A stretch of DNA of 62,453 bases, counting the filler. It is 4 parts of 4 records of this genome, joined end to end, with 100 filler letters (N's around TTAATTAATTAA, not from the genome) between each part and the next. Parts side by side here need not be neighbours in the genome. Positions count along the whole stretch, not along the records: positions 25,734 to 45,888 come from SRR31156797_312; positions 45,989 to 56,714 come from SRR31156797_317; 2 more parts are not named here. One strand, given 5' to 3'. The first letter of the stretch is position 1. Each line of letters starts with the position of its first letter. The translations under genes and the position numbers were made by a program. Below are positions 38,174 through 49,118 of the stretch, in pieces. The notes under the pieces are model-generated. The model was not told where the DNA came from. It searched no databases and worked only from the letters and a program-made list of their open reading frames with translations.

Positions 38174-39292
38174 ATGAAAAAAGTTATAAGAATTGTTGTC
38201 GTAGTACTCTTGATTGCTCTATTTGTAGGAACTATATTTTTCCTTTATACCAAATCGCAAGAGAAGCCTATTGTGTATAACACAAAATCACCTGAAATTA
38301 CTGACATTGTCAAAAAGACTGTTGCTACAGGATCGGTAGTGCCAAGAAAAGAAATTGAGATTAAACCTCAAGGAGTTTCGGGAATTATAGAAAAACTATA
38401 TGTAGAAGCTGGTGAAATGCTTAAAAAAGGTGATCCTATCGCCAAAATTAAGATTATCCCTGATATGATTAATTTGAATAGTGCAGAATCAAGAGTTAAT
38501 GTTGCTCAAATTAACTTTGAAGATTCCGAAATAAATTACAACCGAGATAAAGCTTTATACGATAAAAAAGTAATCTCAGAATCTGATTTTCAGAAAACAC
38601 AGCTTTCTTATCGCAATTCACGCGAAGAACTTCAATCAGCAAAAGACAATTTGCAACTGATTAAAGAAGGTGTTACTAAAAGCTCAGCAAACGCAACAAA
38701 CACAATCATTCGTTCTACTATTGAAGGTATGATTCTCGATATTCCCATTAAAGAAGGAAATTCTGTAATTCAGAGTAATACTTTTAACGATGGTACTACT
38801 GTTGCAATTGTAGCGGATATGGGTGAAATGATTTTCCAGGGAAAAGTTGATGAAACTGAAGTTGGGAAAATTACTCAAGGAATGAATTTAAAGCTTACCA
38901 TTGGTGCTATTGATGATGTAAAATTTGATGCTCATCTTGAATATATCTCTCCTAAAGGTGTTGAAGAAAATGGTGCAATTCAGTTTGAAATTAAAGCATC
39001 CGTTCTGTTAAACGAAAAGTATTTTATACGTTCTGGTTACAGTGCTAATGCAGAAATTGTACTTGATAAAAGAGAAAAAGTACTTGCGGTAAATGAGAGC
39101 TTACTTGAGTTCAAGAACGATTCAACATTTGTGGAAGTGGAAACAGCTCCTCAAAAATTCGAAGAACGATTCATTAAAACTGGTTTATCAGATGGTATCA
39201 ATATAGAAGTATTGGAAGGTATCACAAAGGATGATAAACTAAAAGGGGAAAAGAAAAAGAAGTCGGAAATGATAAAAGAACAGAATAACTAA
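38174..39292 (+). CDS. Efflux periplasmic adaptor (MacA/HlyD family)
   Basis: N-terminal anchor, lipoyl halves flanking a coiled coil, VDETEVGK, TGLSDG. Confidence 0.92.
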   Translation: MKKVIRIVVVVLLIALFVGTIFFLYTKSQEKPIVYNTKSPEITDIVKKTVATGSVVPRKEIEIKPQGVSGIIEKLYVEAGEMLKKGDPIAKIKIIPDMINLNSAESRVNVAQINFEDSEINYNRDKALYDKKVISESDFQKTQLSYRNSREELQSAKDNLQLIKEGVTKSSANATNTIIRSTIEGMILDIPIKEGNSVIQSNTFNDGTTVAIVADMGEMIFQGKVDETEVGKITQGMNLKLTIGAIDDVKFDAHLEYISPKGVEENGAIQFEIKASVLLNEKYFIRSGYSANAEIVLDKREKVLAVNESLLEFKNDSTFVEVETAPQKFEERFIKTGLSDGINIEVLEGITKDDKLKGEKKKKSEMIKEQNN

Positions 39293-39396
39293 TTCTATTT
39301 TGCATTACTATTATTTAATGCTCATTTTTATCATAGAAATATTGCTTTTGAAATTGAAAACCGTTTACCGGATCAACAAACAGAAATATAATTAAG

Positions 39397-40794
39397 ATGA
39401 AAAAAACTTTATTCACGCTTGTTGCAATAGCATTAACCATTTCCACACTAACAGCCCAGGAAAAGTGGAATTTGGAAAAATGCATCAACTACGCTAAAGA
39501 ACACAACATAGAACTTCAACTTCGCAAATTGGATGCTGAAGTTCAAACGAACAATACAAAACAATCCAAGTTTAACTTACTACCAAGTTTAAATGGTAGC
39601 TCTGATTACGGATTTAATTACGGTAGAACTTTGAATGCAAACAATACCTATTCTGATCAGAACTCAGAAAGTGGTTCTCTAGCATTAAATTCTAATGTAA
39701 CTTTATTCAATGGCTTTCAAAAGTACAATACGATCAAACAAAACGAAATTGATTTAAAAGCCTACCTTCAAGATATTGAAAAAGCAAAAGAAGATCTAGC
39801 TTTGAATATCACTTCGTCGTACTTAAATATTCTTTTCAATCAGGAGATATTGCAAGTAGCTCAAGAAAAGTTAAAAGTTACTAAACTACAGATTAAGAGA
39901 ACCGAAGTGCTTGTAGAGGCGGGAACGCTTCCGAATGGAACGTTGATGGAACAAAATGCTCAAGCTGCAAGAGAAGAATTAGAAGTGGTAAATTCATCAA
40001 ACTCACTAGATTTGGCACTATTAGATCTTGCTCAATTATTAGATCTTGAAAATCCCGAGGAATTTGACATCGAAATACCAGAATTACCCGTATTAAATGC
40101 GACTCGATCTATGGTTAGTCCTGAATCTGTTTTTATAAATGCATTAGAATTTCGTCCTGAAATGAAAGCTGCCAAATACAGATTGGAAAGCTCAGAAAAA
40201 GGATTGGTAATTGCCAAAGGACAAAGAGCTCCATCTCTTTCTATGTATGGATATTGGGGCTCAAATTATTCAAATGATTTTGCTGAATATGGTTTAAAAA
40301 GGGATAATAATGGCAATCTGGAATTAGATGAAGAAGGTCGTACTATTACAACCATTATTCGTAATGAGATGAAATTAAGTGATCAGCTTTCTTCTCGTGA
40401 AAGAAAAGCATTCGGATTCAATCTTAATATTCCAATTTTTAATGGCGGAACTGTTAACCGAAACATTGCCAATGCAAAGATTAACATCAATCGCAGCAAA
40501 CTGAATATGGAGAATTCTAAAAATGTTCTTCGAAAAGAAATTCAGCAAGCTCACGCCAATGCCAAAGCAGCTATGAACAAATATTTCTCAAGTGAAACGG
40601 CTGTTTCATCTACCGAAGAAGCTTTTCGTTATACAGAGGAGAAATTTAATTTAGGATTGGTAAACTCGGTTGATTACAATCAGGAGAAAAATAACCTCTT
40701 CGAAGCAAAATCGAATTTGCTACAGGCAAAATATGACTATATTTTCAGAACTAAGATTCTTGACTTTTATAACGGTATTGAAATTAAATTATAA
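39397..40794 (+). CDS. TolC-family outer membrane efflux protein
   Basis: Signal peptide, two OEP repeats (LLPSL, TLFNG, IPIFNG). Confidence 0.92.
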   Translation: MKKTLFTLVAIALTISTLTAQEKWNLEKCINYAKEHNIELQLRKLDAEVQTNNTKQSKFNLLPSLNGSSDYGFNYGRTLNANNTYSDQNSESGSLALNSNVTLFNGFQKYNTIKQNEIDLKAYLQDIEKAKEDLALNITSSYLNILFNQEILQVAQEKLKVTKLQIKRTEVLVEAGTLPNGTLMEQNAQAAREELEVVNSSNSLDLALLDLAQLLDLENPEEFDIEIPELPVLNATRSMVSPESVFINALEFRPEMKAAKYRLESSEKGLVIAKGQRAPSLSMYGYWGSNYSNDFAEYGLKRDNNGNLELDEEGRTITTIIRNEMKLSDQLSSRERKAFGFNLNIPIFNGGTVNRNIANAKININRSKLNMENSKNVLRKEIQQAHANAKAAMNKYFSSETAVSSTEEAFRYTEEKFNLGLVNSVDYNQEKNNLFEAKSNLLQAKYDYIFRTKILDFYNGIEIKL

Positions 40795-40819
40795 TCAGGT
40801 TTACAAATAACAATTCGGG

Positions 40820-40853
40820 AAACTCTCAACCATTATTGGTTGAGAGTTTTTTT
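40820..40853 (+). terminator. Intrinsic terminator
   Basis: AAACTCTCAACC-ATTATT-GGTTGAGAGTTTTTT. Confidence 0.85.
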
Positions 40854-41022
40854 ATTTACGAATACGTGTAAATAGAATTTGGATTGTCTTATACATAGAA
40901 CGGATACCTAAAAATGAATCCCTCGAAGTATTATCTAACAAACTAAAATGCAATTTATTGATGCGATTCATACACTTTTCCTTTTTTATCATTTATTTTG
41001 CAATGATTTTAAATTTTGAAAC

Positions 41023-41736
41023 ATGGCATTACTTTTAAATATAGAAACATCAACGGCAGTTTGCTCGGTTGCATTAGGAAAAGATGGTAAACTTTTGGCT
41101 CTTAAAGAGAATAAAGAAGGAATGAAACATGCGAGTCATCTTACCGTATTTATTGAAAGCATATTAAAAGAAAATGGCTTTACAACAGCCGATTTAGATG
41201 GAGTTGCAGTGAGTATGGGACCTGGTTCTTATACCGGATTACGAATTGGTGTTTCAACCGCCAAAGGCATCTGTTTTGGATCAAATATTCCTTTAATTGC
41301 AGTTAGTACATTACAGTCAATGACCAAAGCTTTGCTAGAAACAAAAGATCTAAAAAGTGTACTAAAAGATCCTGAACAAGCTCATTACTGTCCAATGATT
41401 GATGCTCGCAGAATGGAAGTTTACACTTCTTTTTACAATTCGAAAACGGAACAAGTAAAAGATATTTCAGCGGATATTATTGATGAAAATTCATTTTCGG
41501 ATGAACTTAGTAAACGTGAGATTGTTTTCTTTGGTGATGGCTCGGATAAATGCAAAGAGGTAATAAAAAGTGATTCTGGCATCTTTCTTGACAATATAAG
41601 CACAACTGCTGTTGGCATGGTAGAACTTGCCGAGCAAAAATTCAACAACAAAGAATTAGAAGATGTAGCCTATTTTGAGCCTTTTTATTTAAAAGATTTT
41701 GTAGCAACAACTCCTAAAAAGAATATCTTTAAGTAA
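41023..41736 (+). CDS. tsaB: t6A biosynthesis protein TsaB
   Basis: IETST..CSVA, GPGSYTGLRIG, IDARRMEVY, EPFYLK. Confidence 0.95.
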   Translation: MALLLNIETSTAVCSVALGKDGKLLALKENKEGMKHASHLTVFIESILKENGFTTADLDGVAVSMGPGSYTGLRIGVSTAKGICFGSNIPLIAVSTLQSMTKALLETKDLKSVLKDPEQAHYCPMIDARRMEVYTSFYNSKTEQVKDISADIIDENSFSDELSKREIVFFGDGSDKCKEVIKSDSGIFLDNISTTAVGMVELAEQKFNNKELEDVAYFEPFYLKDFVATTPKKNIFK

Positions 41737-41753
41737 GAACTAAAAACAAATGT

Positions 41754-42518
41754 ATGATTAGATTTCTCCTCATTATTATTTCAGTACTTTTCATAAGTAA
41801 CTATTCGTTTGCTGAGTTACCAATTAAATCATCAAAAAAAGGAGAACATCTTAAATATGTTATTCATTATGGAATAATTAGAGGTGGTAAAGCCAGTCTT
41901 AAACTAAAAACTGAGACACACAATAATCAGGAAATCTTTCATGCAACATTAACCGGAAAAACTGTAGGTTTCTTTAATTCTCTTTACAAAGTAAAGGACA
42001 GCTATCAAAGCTATTTTAAAAAAGAAACTTTATTGCCTTATAAAGCTATTCGAGATATCCGGGAAGGAAGCTATAAGAGATACAATGAGGTTACCTTCGA
42101 TAGAGAAAAAAATGAGATAACCAGTCAACGAACAGGAACAAAACCCGTTCCTGAAGGAATACACGATATTCTTTCTGCGTTTTACTATGCTCGTGCCTAT
42201 TATTTTAATAAGGATTTGGTGGAAGGTCAGGTAATTAAGATTCAAACTTATTTTGCCGACGAGGAATTCCTTTTGCAATTCAGATTTATGGGCTACGAAA
42301 CAATCAAAAGTAAAATTGGAGATATTAAGTGTTATAAATTCATACCAATTGTTGAGACCGGGCGTGCTTTTAAGGATGAAGATGACATGAAAATATGGGT
42401 TTCTGCTGATGCCAATAAGATTCCGGTGCGTGTTCAGTTCGATCTTTTTATAGGATCATTGCGTTGTGATTTGACCAATTTTTCTGATTTTTCACTCAAT
42501 ACTTTAATCAATAAATAG
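41754..42518 (+). CDS. DUF3108-like secreted protein
   Basis: Signal peptide, GE.LKY.IHYG, DILSAFYYAR, IWVS.D.NKIPV. Confidence 0.75.
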   Translation: MIRFLLIIISVLFISNYSFAELPIKSSKKGEHLKYVIHYGIIRGGKASLKLKTETHNNQEIFHATLTGKTVGFFNSLYKVKDSYQSYFKKETLLPYKAIRDIREGSYKRYNEVTFDREKNEITSQRTGTKPVPEGIHDILSAFYYARAYYFNKDLVEGQVIKIQTYFADEEFLLQFRFMGYETIKSKIGDIKCYKFIPIVETGRAFKDEDDMKIWVSADANKIPVRVQFDLFIGSLRCDLTNFSDFSLNTLINK

Positions 42519-42668
42519 AAGTTTTTTTCTCCTAGTACTGTCTTTTTCAAACAAAAACGGATTATATTTTAGAATCTTAATTGTTTCAATTACTTTTGCA
42601 AAACTTAAGATCTATTAGCTCTAAGGTAAGAATATTGAAAACGATTATAAATATTAATTCATTATATC

Positions 42669-43238
42669 ATGGCAAGTACTGCGGATTTTAAAAATGGATT
42701 GTGTATTCATTTTAAAGAAGATTTATATACAATTATTCAGTTCCAACATGTAAAACCAGGTAAAGGTCCTGCTTTTGTTAGAACAAAATTGAAGAATGTT
42801 AGAACTGGAAAAATTATTGACAACACTTTCAATTCAGGTGTAAAGGTTGATGTTGCAAGAATTGAAAGACGTCCTCATCAGTTTCTATATAAAGATGACA
42901 TGGGTTATAACCTAATGCATACTGAAACTTATGAGCAAGTTGCTTTAGAAGAAAGTCTATTCAACGCTCCTGATTTATTGAAAGAAGGAGATAATGTTGA
43001 AGCTGTTTTCCATGCAGATACTGAAACTCCACTATACGTTGAACTTCCAGCTCACGTAACTATGGAAATTACATATACTGAGCCAGGTTTACGCGGTGAT
43101 ACTTCATCAACGAACTCATTAAAACAAGCTACTATTGAGACAGGTGCAACCATTATGGTTCCATTATTCATTAATACTGGCGATGTAATTAAAGTTGATA
43201 CTCGTGATCACAGCTATGTTGAGCGTGTAAAAGCTTAA
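42669..43238 (+). CDS. efp: Elongation factor P
   Basis: [30 protein letters not shown]. Confidence 0.97.
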   Translation: MASTADFKNGLCIHFKEDLYTIIQFQHVKPGKGPAFVRTKLKNVRTGKIIDNTFNSGVKVDVARIERRPHQFLYKDDMGYNLMHTETYEQVALEESLFNAPDLLKEGDNVEAVFHADTETPLYVELPAHVTMEITYTEPGLRGDTSSTNSLKQATIETGATIMVPLFINTGDVIKVDTRDHSYVERVKA

Positions 43239-43256
43239 TATTGGTAAACTCATCAT

Positions 43257-43289
43257 AAAAAAAGGATTCTTAGTGGAATCCTTTTTTTA
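43257..43289 (+). terminator. Intrinsic terminator
   Basis: A7-GGATTC-TTAGTG-GAATCC-T-run. Confidence 0.8.
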
Positions 43290-43365
43290 TTCCTACCTAA
43301 GCAATTGCCTGATGAATCGATATTTACTAAATTAGCTAAAACCTGAATCCCTAAATCCCACTACA

Positions 43366-44586
43366 GTGATTAAGCAACAAGCCGTTAATAGTAAATTCAA
43401 ACTAAATCTCATTTTAAAAATCACTCAAGCCATAAATGAGAATTTATCAGTTGAAGAACTTCTTACACAATACGAAAAAATATTATTTGAAGAGTTAAAG
43501 ATTGGGAAAATTGTAGTTTTCAAATTCAATTCAAAATGGGAAAAACTACTAATCTCAGGAATTTCGAACGATCTTATTAATCAAATAAAAATAGAGAGAG
43601 ATTTAAGCTGTCATTCCGAGATCACCTACATATCTAATGATTTTCCTTATCATTTACGAAGTTTTGATTTCCTAATTCCTGTATATCACAAGAATTCGGT
43701 TTTAGCCTATATCCTTATTGGAGATTTAGATGAAGAGATGGAAGGAATGAGCCCTGCAATTAAGCATCTCAACTTTATTCAAACCATCTCCAACATTATA
43801 ATTGTTGCGATGGAGAACAAGCGCATGTATAAGCAATTGCTTGCTCAGGAGGCTCTAAAAAAGGAAATGGAACTAGCTTCTAAAATTCAAAATTTACTTA
43901 TTCCAAATCAAAATTCACTGCCTCAAAACGAATATGTAAGTACTCAGGGATTTTATCAACCTCATTTTGAAATTGGTGGAGATTATTACGATTTCATCAA
44001 TTTCAACGATCAGGAATTAGGTTTCTGTATTGGAGATGTTTCGGGAAAAGGTATTCCTGCAGCATTAATCATGTCGAACTTTCAGGCAACATTACGTGCT
44101 CTTTTTAACCCAGAAATCCCACTGGATGAACTAATGACAAAGTTGAATAAAAAAGTATGCGACAACTCTAGCGATGAGAAATTTCTAACTTTCTTTATAG
44201 GTGTATACAATTTTACAACTCGCAAGCTCAGGTATGTAAATGCTAGTCATCATCCTCCTATTTTGTATAACTACAAAACAAAAGAAACTACTTTACTAAA
44301 AAAAGGTTGTATTGGCTTGGGCATGCTCGATGAAATTCCATTGATTACCATTGGCGAAACCGTAATTAACGATCATTCAAAACTGTTATGCTACACCGAT
44401 GGATTGGTCGAACTAGAACAAGGTGAAAAAATGGAAGTTGCTGTTCAATTCATTAAAAACCTATTTTCTACAGATAAAACACTTCAGAATACATTTTTAG
44501 AATTAAGAAAGTACATTGACTTGGGAAAGAAAAATAAAGCTGTGGTTGATGATATTTCTCTATTTGGTATAGAATTTAAAGCATAA
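43366..44586 (+). CDS. PP2C/SpoIIE (RsbU-like) phosphatase with N-terminal GAF-like region
   Basis: IGGDYYD, GDVSGKG, YTDGL, DDIS. Confidence 0.9.
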   Translation: MIKQQAVNSKFKLNLILKITQAINENLSVEELLTQYEKILFEELKIGKIVVFKFNSKWEKLLISGISNDLINQIKIERDLSCHSEITYISNDFPYHLRSFDFLIPVYHKNSVLAYILIGDLDEEMEGMSPAIKHLNFIQTISNIIIVAMENKRMYKQLLAQEALKKEMELASKIQNLLIPNQNSLPQNEYVSTQGFYQPHFEIGGDYYDFINFNDQELGFCIGDVSGKGIPAALIMSNFQATLRALFNPEIPLDELMTKLNKKVCDNSSDEKFLTFFIGVYNFTTRKLRYVNASHHPPILYNYKTKETTLLKKGCIGLGMLDEIPLITIGETVINDHSKLLCYTDGLVELEQGEKMEVAVQFIKNLFSTDKTLQNTFLELRKYIDLGKKNKAVVDDISLFGIEFKA

Positions 44587-44617
44587 AAAAAAAGGATCGG
44601 CTAACCGATCCTTTTTT
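44585..44617. terminator. Bidirectional terminator
   Basis: A-run GGATCGG-CTAA-CCGATCC T-run between convergent genes. Confidence 0.85.
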
Positions 44618-44636
44618 GAATTATATGATTCTATAA

Positions 44637-45098
44637 TTATTGAATCTCAAATGTTACTTCTTTTGAACTTACATTGTCAGAAGAATCAGTAACGCTAATT
44701 GTAATTTTATACATCCCATCCAGAGCAACTTTATTATCACTCAATGTAGCTACATTAAAACTAATCGATTTAGACGTTCCAGAAATTCCTGGTAGCGCAT
44801 TTCCATCAGCATCTGTTCCTGTTCTACTATCAAAAGAAAATTCTTCAACCTGCTTAGTTGATTTAGCACCAGTATAAGCAATTATAACAGTATACGAACT
44901 TAATCCAATATTATCAGATGCCGTAAAGTTAACAGTTAAATTATTTCCTGCATCAATAACTGTATTAGCCGTTGGATTTGCAATTGTTACAGTCGGCTTT
45001 GTTGTATCTACATCTGGCTCATCATCGCCACCGCCGCCACCACAGCTCATCATTCCGGCAGAGAATAATACAATCAAGGCGTACTTTAAAATTTTCAT
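44637..45098 (-). CDS. Ig-like lipoprotein (DUF4625-like)
   Basis: Lipobox MMSC, DTTKPTV, ASDNIGL, G.Y.I.ISVTD..DN. Confidence 0.7.
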   Translation of the reverse strand: MKILKYALIVLFSAGMMSCGGGGGDDEPDVDTTKPTVTIANPTANTVIDAGNNLTVNFTASDNIGLSSYTVIIAYTGAKSTKQVEEFSFDSRTGTDADGNALPGISGTSKSISFNVATLSDNKVALDGMYKITISVTDSSDNVSSKEVTFEIQ

Positions 45099-45170
45099 AG
45101 TTTTTCTTTTTGGTTATGATTTGGTTTTATACTTGACAATATCTTCTAAAATTAAGAGATAAACAGCAAA

Positions 45171-45888
45171 TTAACAAGCTACTATCAGAAAATAATTCTT
45201 TTTCCCTTTTTGAACAAGAAGATATTTATCTGCTATTAGCTGTTCTGTGGTAATTTCCATTTCAGCATTTTGTACCTTTTCCTTATTGATACTTATTGCA
45301 TTACCCTTAAACAATCTTCTCAATTCTCCTTTCGATGGAAACACTTCAGCTTTAACAGCTAAAAGTTCTACAATATCTACACCCGCTTCAAATTCTGATT
45401 TTGCAACCTGAAACTGAGGAACACCTTCAAAAACAGATAGGAACGTATCCTCATCAAGTTTTCTCAATGCATCAGCAGTAGCTTTTCCAAACAAAATTTG
45501 AGAAGCTTCTACAGCTGTATTATAATCCTCTTCGGAGTGAATCATGATAGTTACCTCTTTAGCCAATCGCTGTTGAAGTTTTCTCATATGAGGAGCTTCC
45601 TTGTGCTCTTCAACTAAAGCTGCGATCTCTTCACCTGGAATTAATGTAAATATCTTAATATACTTTTCAGCATCTGAATCTGATGTATTCAACCAAAACT
45701 GGTAAAATTTATATGGAGAAGTACGCTTTGGATCCAACCAAATGTTTCCTGATTCAGTTTTACCAAATTTTCCACCATCAGCTTTAGTAATCAAAGGACA
45801 AGTAATTGCCCAAGCTGTTCCACCTTCTTTTCTTCTGATTAATTCAGTTCCTGTTGTGATATTTCCCCACTGATCGGAACCACCCATT
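45171..45888 (-). CDS. tyrS: Tyrosyl-tRNA synthetase, 5'-truncated
   Basis: [24 protein letters not shown]-terminal S4 domain ending KGKKNY. Confidence 0.97.
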
Positions 45889-45988
45889 NNNNNNNNNNNN
45901 NNNNNNNNNNNNNNNNNNNNNNNNNNNNNNNNTTAATTAATTAANNNNNNNNNNNNNNNNNNNNNNNNNNNNNNNNNNNNNNNNNNNN
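45889..45988. other. Artificial contig spacer
   Basis: N-run with TTAATTAATTAA core. Confidence 0.98.
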
Positions 45989-46360
45989 AACATTGGTTTC
46001 GTAATTTAAAGGAATCAGAAGGGTTCGAGCCAGTTCTTTCTGTTTTCTAGGCCAGATTTTTATTCTAATGTATTTTCCTTTTGACGGGTACCTGATAGAA
46101 TTTACCGTAATCTTTCCATTGTTTCGTTTCGCACCAATAATTTCCGATTCATAACGCCACCAAAAAACGGAGCCTCCTTTCATCCCCAGTGTTTTTTTAA
46201 TTTTCCCCTTTTTATAGTAAGAAACCACACCAATTTTAAAAATCTCACCCGGTAACACAAGCTGATTTTTATTAAAACAGATCTGAATTGAATCGATTTT
46301 TCTGAAAAATATTCCGGCACGAACCGGCGTAATACTATAAATTGAAAATACTGCTATCAA
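45989..46360 (-). CDS. Hypothetical secreted protein, 3'-truncated
   Basis: ORF runs into the spacer; signal-like N-terminus; start uncertain (in-frame ATG AAA TAA upstream). Confidence 0.55.
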
Positions 46361-46489
46361 TAGAAATGTATTATGGTAGATTTATTTCATGGCTTAATGA
46401 TTAGAACATTTAATGCCTGAATTTCAAAAAGCATACCGTTCTTTTCATTTCTTTAAGCGGAATCTTTTACATTCGTGAAAATTTTTATC

Positions 46490-47143
46490 ATGCCTGATTT
46501 CTCGCACATTATTTTCGATCTTGACGGTACCCTCACTGATAATACAGAGGGAATTAAAAACTCGTTAAGATATGCTTTAACCCAAATGCACATTAATGAA
46601 TACTCCGACGATTTGCTGGAACAATTTATTGGTCCTCCTTTACAATGGGGATTTAGCCAATTGTTTGGATTAAACGAACGCAACACCAAACTGGCAGTGG
46701 AATACTTTCGCGAATATTACGGACAGAATGGTTGGCACGAAAATGTTCCGTATGATGGAATTATAGAGATGCTGGTGGAACTGGATGCGTTAGGGAAAAA
46801 GATGTATGTGGCAACATCAAAACTGGAGAAATATGCTGTTAAAATAATTCAACATTTCGAGTTGGACCATTACATCTTGCAGTTAAAAGGAGCTGATTAT
46901 GGTGGTAAAAAAGCCAGTAAATCGCAAATTATAACAGGTTTAATGAACATACAACAGCTAATACCCTCAGAAGAGATTGTAATGATTGGAGATACTGTTT
47001 TTGACATAGAAGGCGGAAAGGGAAACGGCATTTCGACAGTTGCTGTTGGTTATGGTTTTGGTAAGGAAATAGACTTGCAAAATGCCAATCCCGATTTTTT
47101 TGCTGAAGATGTAGAAGACCTGTTTGAAATATTAGCAGGGTAA
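46490..47143 (+). CDS. HAD-family phosphatase
   Basis: FDLDGTL, ATSK, MIGD..FD. Confidence 0.92.
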   Translation: MPDFSHIIFDLDGTLTDNTEGIKNSLRYALTQMHINEYSDDLLEQFIGPPLQWGFSQLFGLNERNTKLAVEYFREYYGQNGWHENVPYDGIIEMLVELDALGKKMYVATSKLEKYAVKIIQHFELDHYILQLKGADYGGKKASKSQIITGLMNIQQLIPSEEIVMIGDTVFDIEGGKGNGISTVAVGYGFGKEIDLQNANPDFFAEDVEDLFEILAG

Positions 47144-47167
47144 ACGTTTCATTTTTATCTTTGATTT

Positions 47168-48076
47168 ATGATTACTCCAGAATATTTAAAACCAGGCGAT
47201 AAAATCCGTATTATTTCGCCGGCAGGTAAAATCGATAATAAACATGTAATACCGGCAGTTGAGTGGTTAAAAAAAGAAGGTTACAGAGTTGAATTGGGCA
47301 AACACGTTTTTGCCGAACATTTTCAGTTTGCCGGAACCGACGAGCAACGTTTTGCAGATGTTCAGGAAGCGCTGGATGATCCTGATTGTTCAGTTATCAT
47401 CTGTTCGCGCGGAGGTTATGGAACGGTGCGTATAATAGATAAACTTGATTTTTCCAACTTCCTGAAAAATCCAAAATGGCTGGTTGGTTTTAGCGATGTT
47501 ACCATTTTGCATTCATGTTTAAACAACCTGAAAACACCAACGATTCATGGTGTAATGCCTCGCTTTTTTTTCGATAAGAAAGGCAAACCCAGCGAGGACC
47601 TGCTTACAATGATGAAACTAATAAGCGGACAGAATGTAAACTATAATATTGACAAGGAAGATTTTAATCGTGTTGGCCGGGCAAAGGCTGGTCTGGTTGG
47701 AGGTAATCTCTCAATAATCACAAGTCTGCAGGGAACTGATTATGATATTAATACGGAAGGGAAAATTCTCTTTCTTGAAGATATCGATGAATTTCTATAC
47801 CACACCGACCGAATGATTCATCAACTTAAGCTTAGTGGAAAACTCAACAACCTGGCAGGATTAATATTAGGTGATTTTACCGATATGAAAGACAACGAAT
47901 CGCCATTTGGGAAAACCGTTCATGAGATTATTGCTGAGGCAGTTGAAGAATTTAATTATCCGGTTTGTTTTGGGTTTCCCGGTGGTCATGATAAAAAAAA
48001 CCTTGCCCTTACATTTGGGAAATCATGGGAACTAAATGTCTCCGAACAAGAAACAACGTTAAACTCTGAACCCTAA
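47168..48076 (+). CDS. LD-carboxypeptidase (peptidase S66)
   Basis: RGGYG, GFSD, GGNL, LED, GH. Confidence 0.93.
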   Translation: MITPEYLKPGDKIRIISPAGKIDNKHVIPAVEWLKKEGYRVELGKHVFAEHFQFAGTDEQRFADVQEALDDPDCSVIICSRGGYGTVRIIDKLDFSNFLKNPKWLVGFSDVTILHSCLNNLKTPTIHGVMPRFFFDKKGKPSEDLLTMMKLISGQNVNYNIDKEDFNRVGRAKAGLVGGNLSIITSLQGTDYDINTEGKILFLEDIDEFLYHTDRMIHQLKLSGKLNNLAGLILGDFTDMKDNESPFGKTVHEIIAEAVEEFNYPVCFGFPGGHDKKNLALTFGKSWELNVSEQETTLNSEP

Positions 48077-48102
48077 ATCCTGAATTTTAAACACGAACAA
48101 AC

Positions 48103-48465
48103 ATGGTTACAGCAAAAGAACTTGGGAAAATAGCTGAAGGAATGGCCCAACAACATTTAATTGGTTTAGGGTACAAAATAAAAGCTACCAATTGGCACCA
48201 TGGTCATTTAGAGCTTGACATTGTTGCTCAGGACGGAAACGAGCTGGTTGTCGTGGAGGTTAAGGCACGTTCTGGATTACGCTATGAACACCCTTCGGAG
48301 GCAGTGACTAACACCAAGATTAAACGCATTGTTGAAGCTGCTGATGCCTATATAGTAGAACACGAAATAGAATATGACACCCGGTTTGATGTGATAACTG
48401 TAATTTTCTTTCAGCAAGGACACGAGTTGGAGCATTTTAAAGATGCCTTTTACCCTACAATATAA
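48103..48465 (+). CDS. yraN: YraN family (UPF0102) protein
   Basis: G..AE, ELDIVA, VEVK, RFDVI, HFKDAF. Confidence 0.9.
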   Translation: MVTAKELGKIAEGMAQQHLIGLGYKIKATNWHHGHLELDIVAQDGNELVVVEVKARSGLRYEHPSEAVTNTKIKRIVEAADAYIVEHEIEYDTRFDVITVIFFQQGHELEHFKDAFYPTI

Positions 48466-48764
48466 TCCATTTAATATCCTCAAGCTATACTCATTTTTGC
48501 CCATCTGGCGAGAAAAACAGAAAAAAATTGGCGATTCATGAAATAAAGAAATAATTCCGATAATTAAATCAATGATTTATAAAAACCCATTGATCTTGCT
48601 TCTAAATACCGGTAATCTACCAACTTGATTATCACGGTAAATAGCCGAATCATTTTCACCGAGTAAAATAATACCAAATTGACCACAAAATGGTATAATA
48701 AATACCTCTTCTCATTTTTATTTCTGTCTGATTCAATTATTTTTAGCGTTTCAAATTATTTACA

Positions 48765-49115
48765 ATGAATATTGAGGAAATCCGGGAGTATTGTATTACA
48801 AAAAAGGGTGTTACCGAAGGTTTTCCCTTTAACGAAACAACACTTGTTTTTAAAGTAATGAACAAAATGTTTTGTTTGCTCAGCCTTGATGACCAGCGGA
48901 TAAGCTTAAAAAATGATCCAGACAAAAACGTGGAACTAAGGGCGCAATATCCGGCCATTTACGGAGGTTACCATTTAAATAAACAACACTGGAACACCAT
49001 TGAACTGAATGGAACTGTACCCGCCAAGCTCATCGGTGAACTGGTTGACGAATCTTATATTCTGATTGTAAATAGTTTAACGAAAAAACTCAAAGAAGAA
49101 TTAAATAATCTGTAA
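48765..49115 (+). CDS. MmcQ/YjbR family protein
   Basis: FPF...LVFKV..KMF, GYHLNKQHWN. Confidence 0.9.
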   Translation: MNIEEIREYCITKKGVTEGFPFNETTLVFKVMNKMFCLLSLDDQRISLKNDPDKNVELRAQYPAIYGGYHLNKQHWNTIELNGTVPAKLIGELVDESYILIVNSLTKKLKEELNNL

Positions 49116-49118
49116 GAA

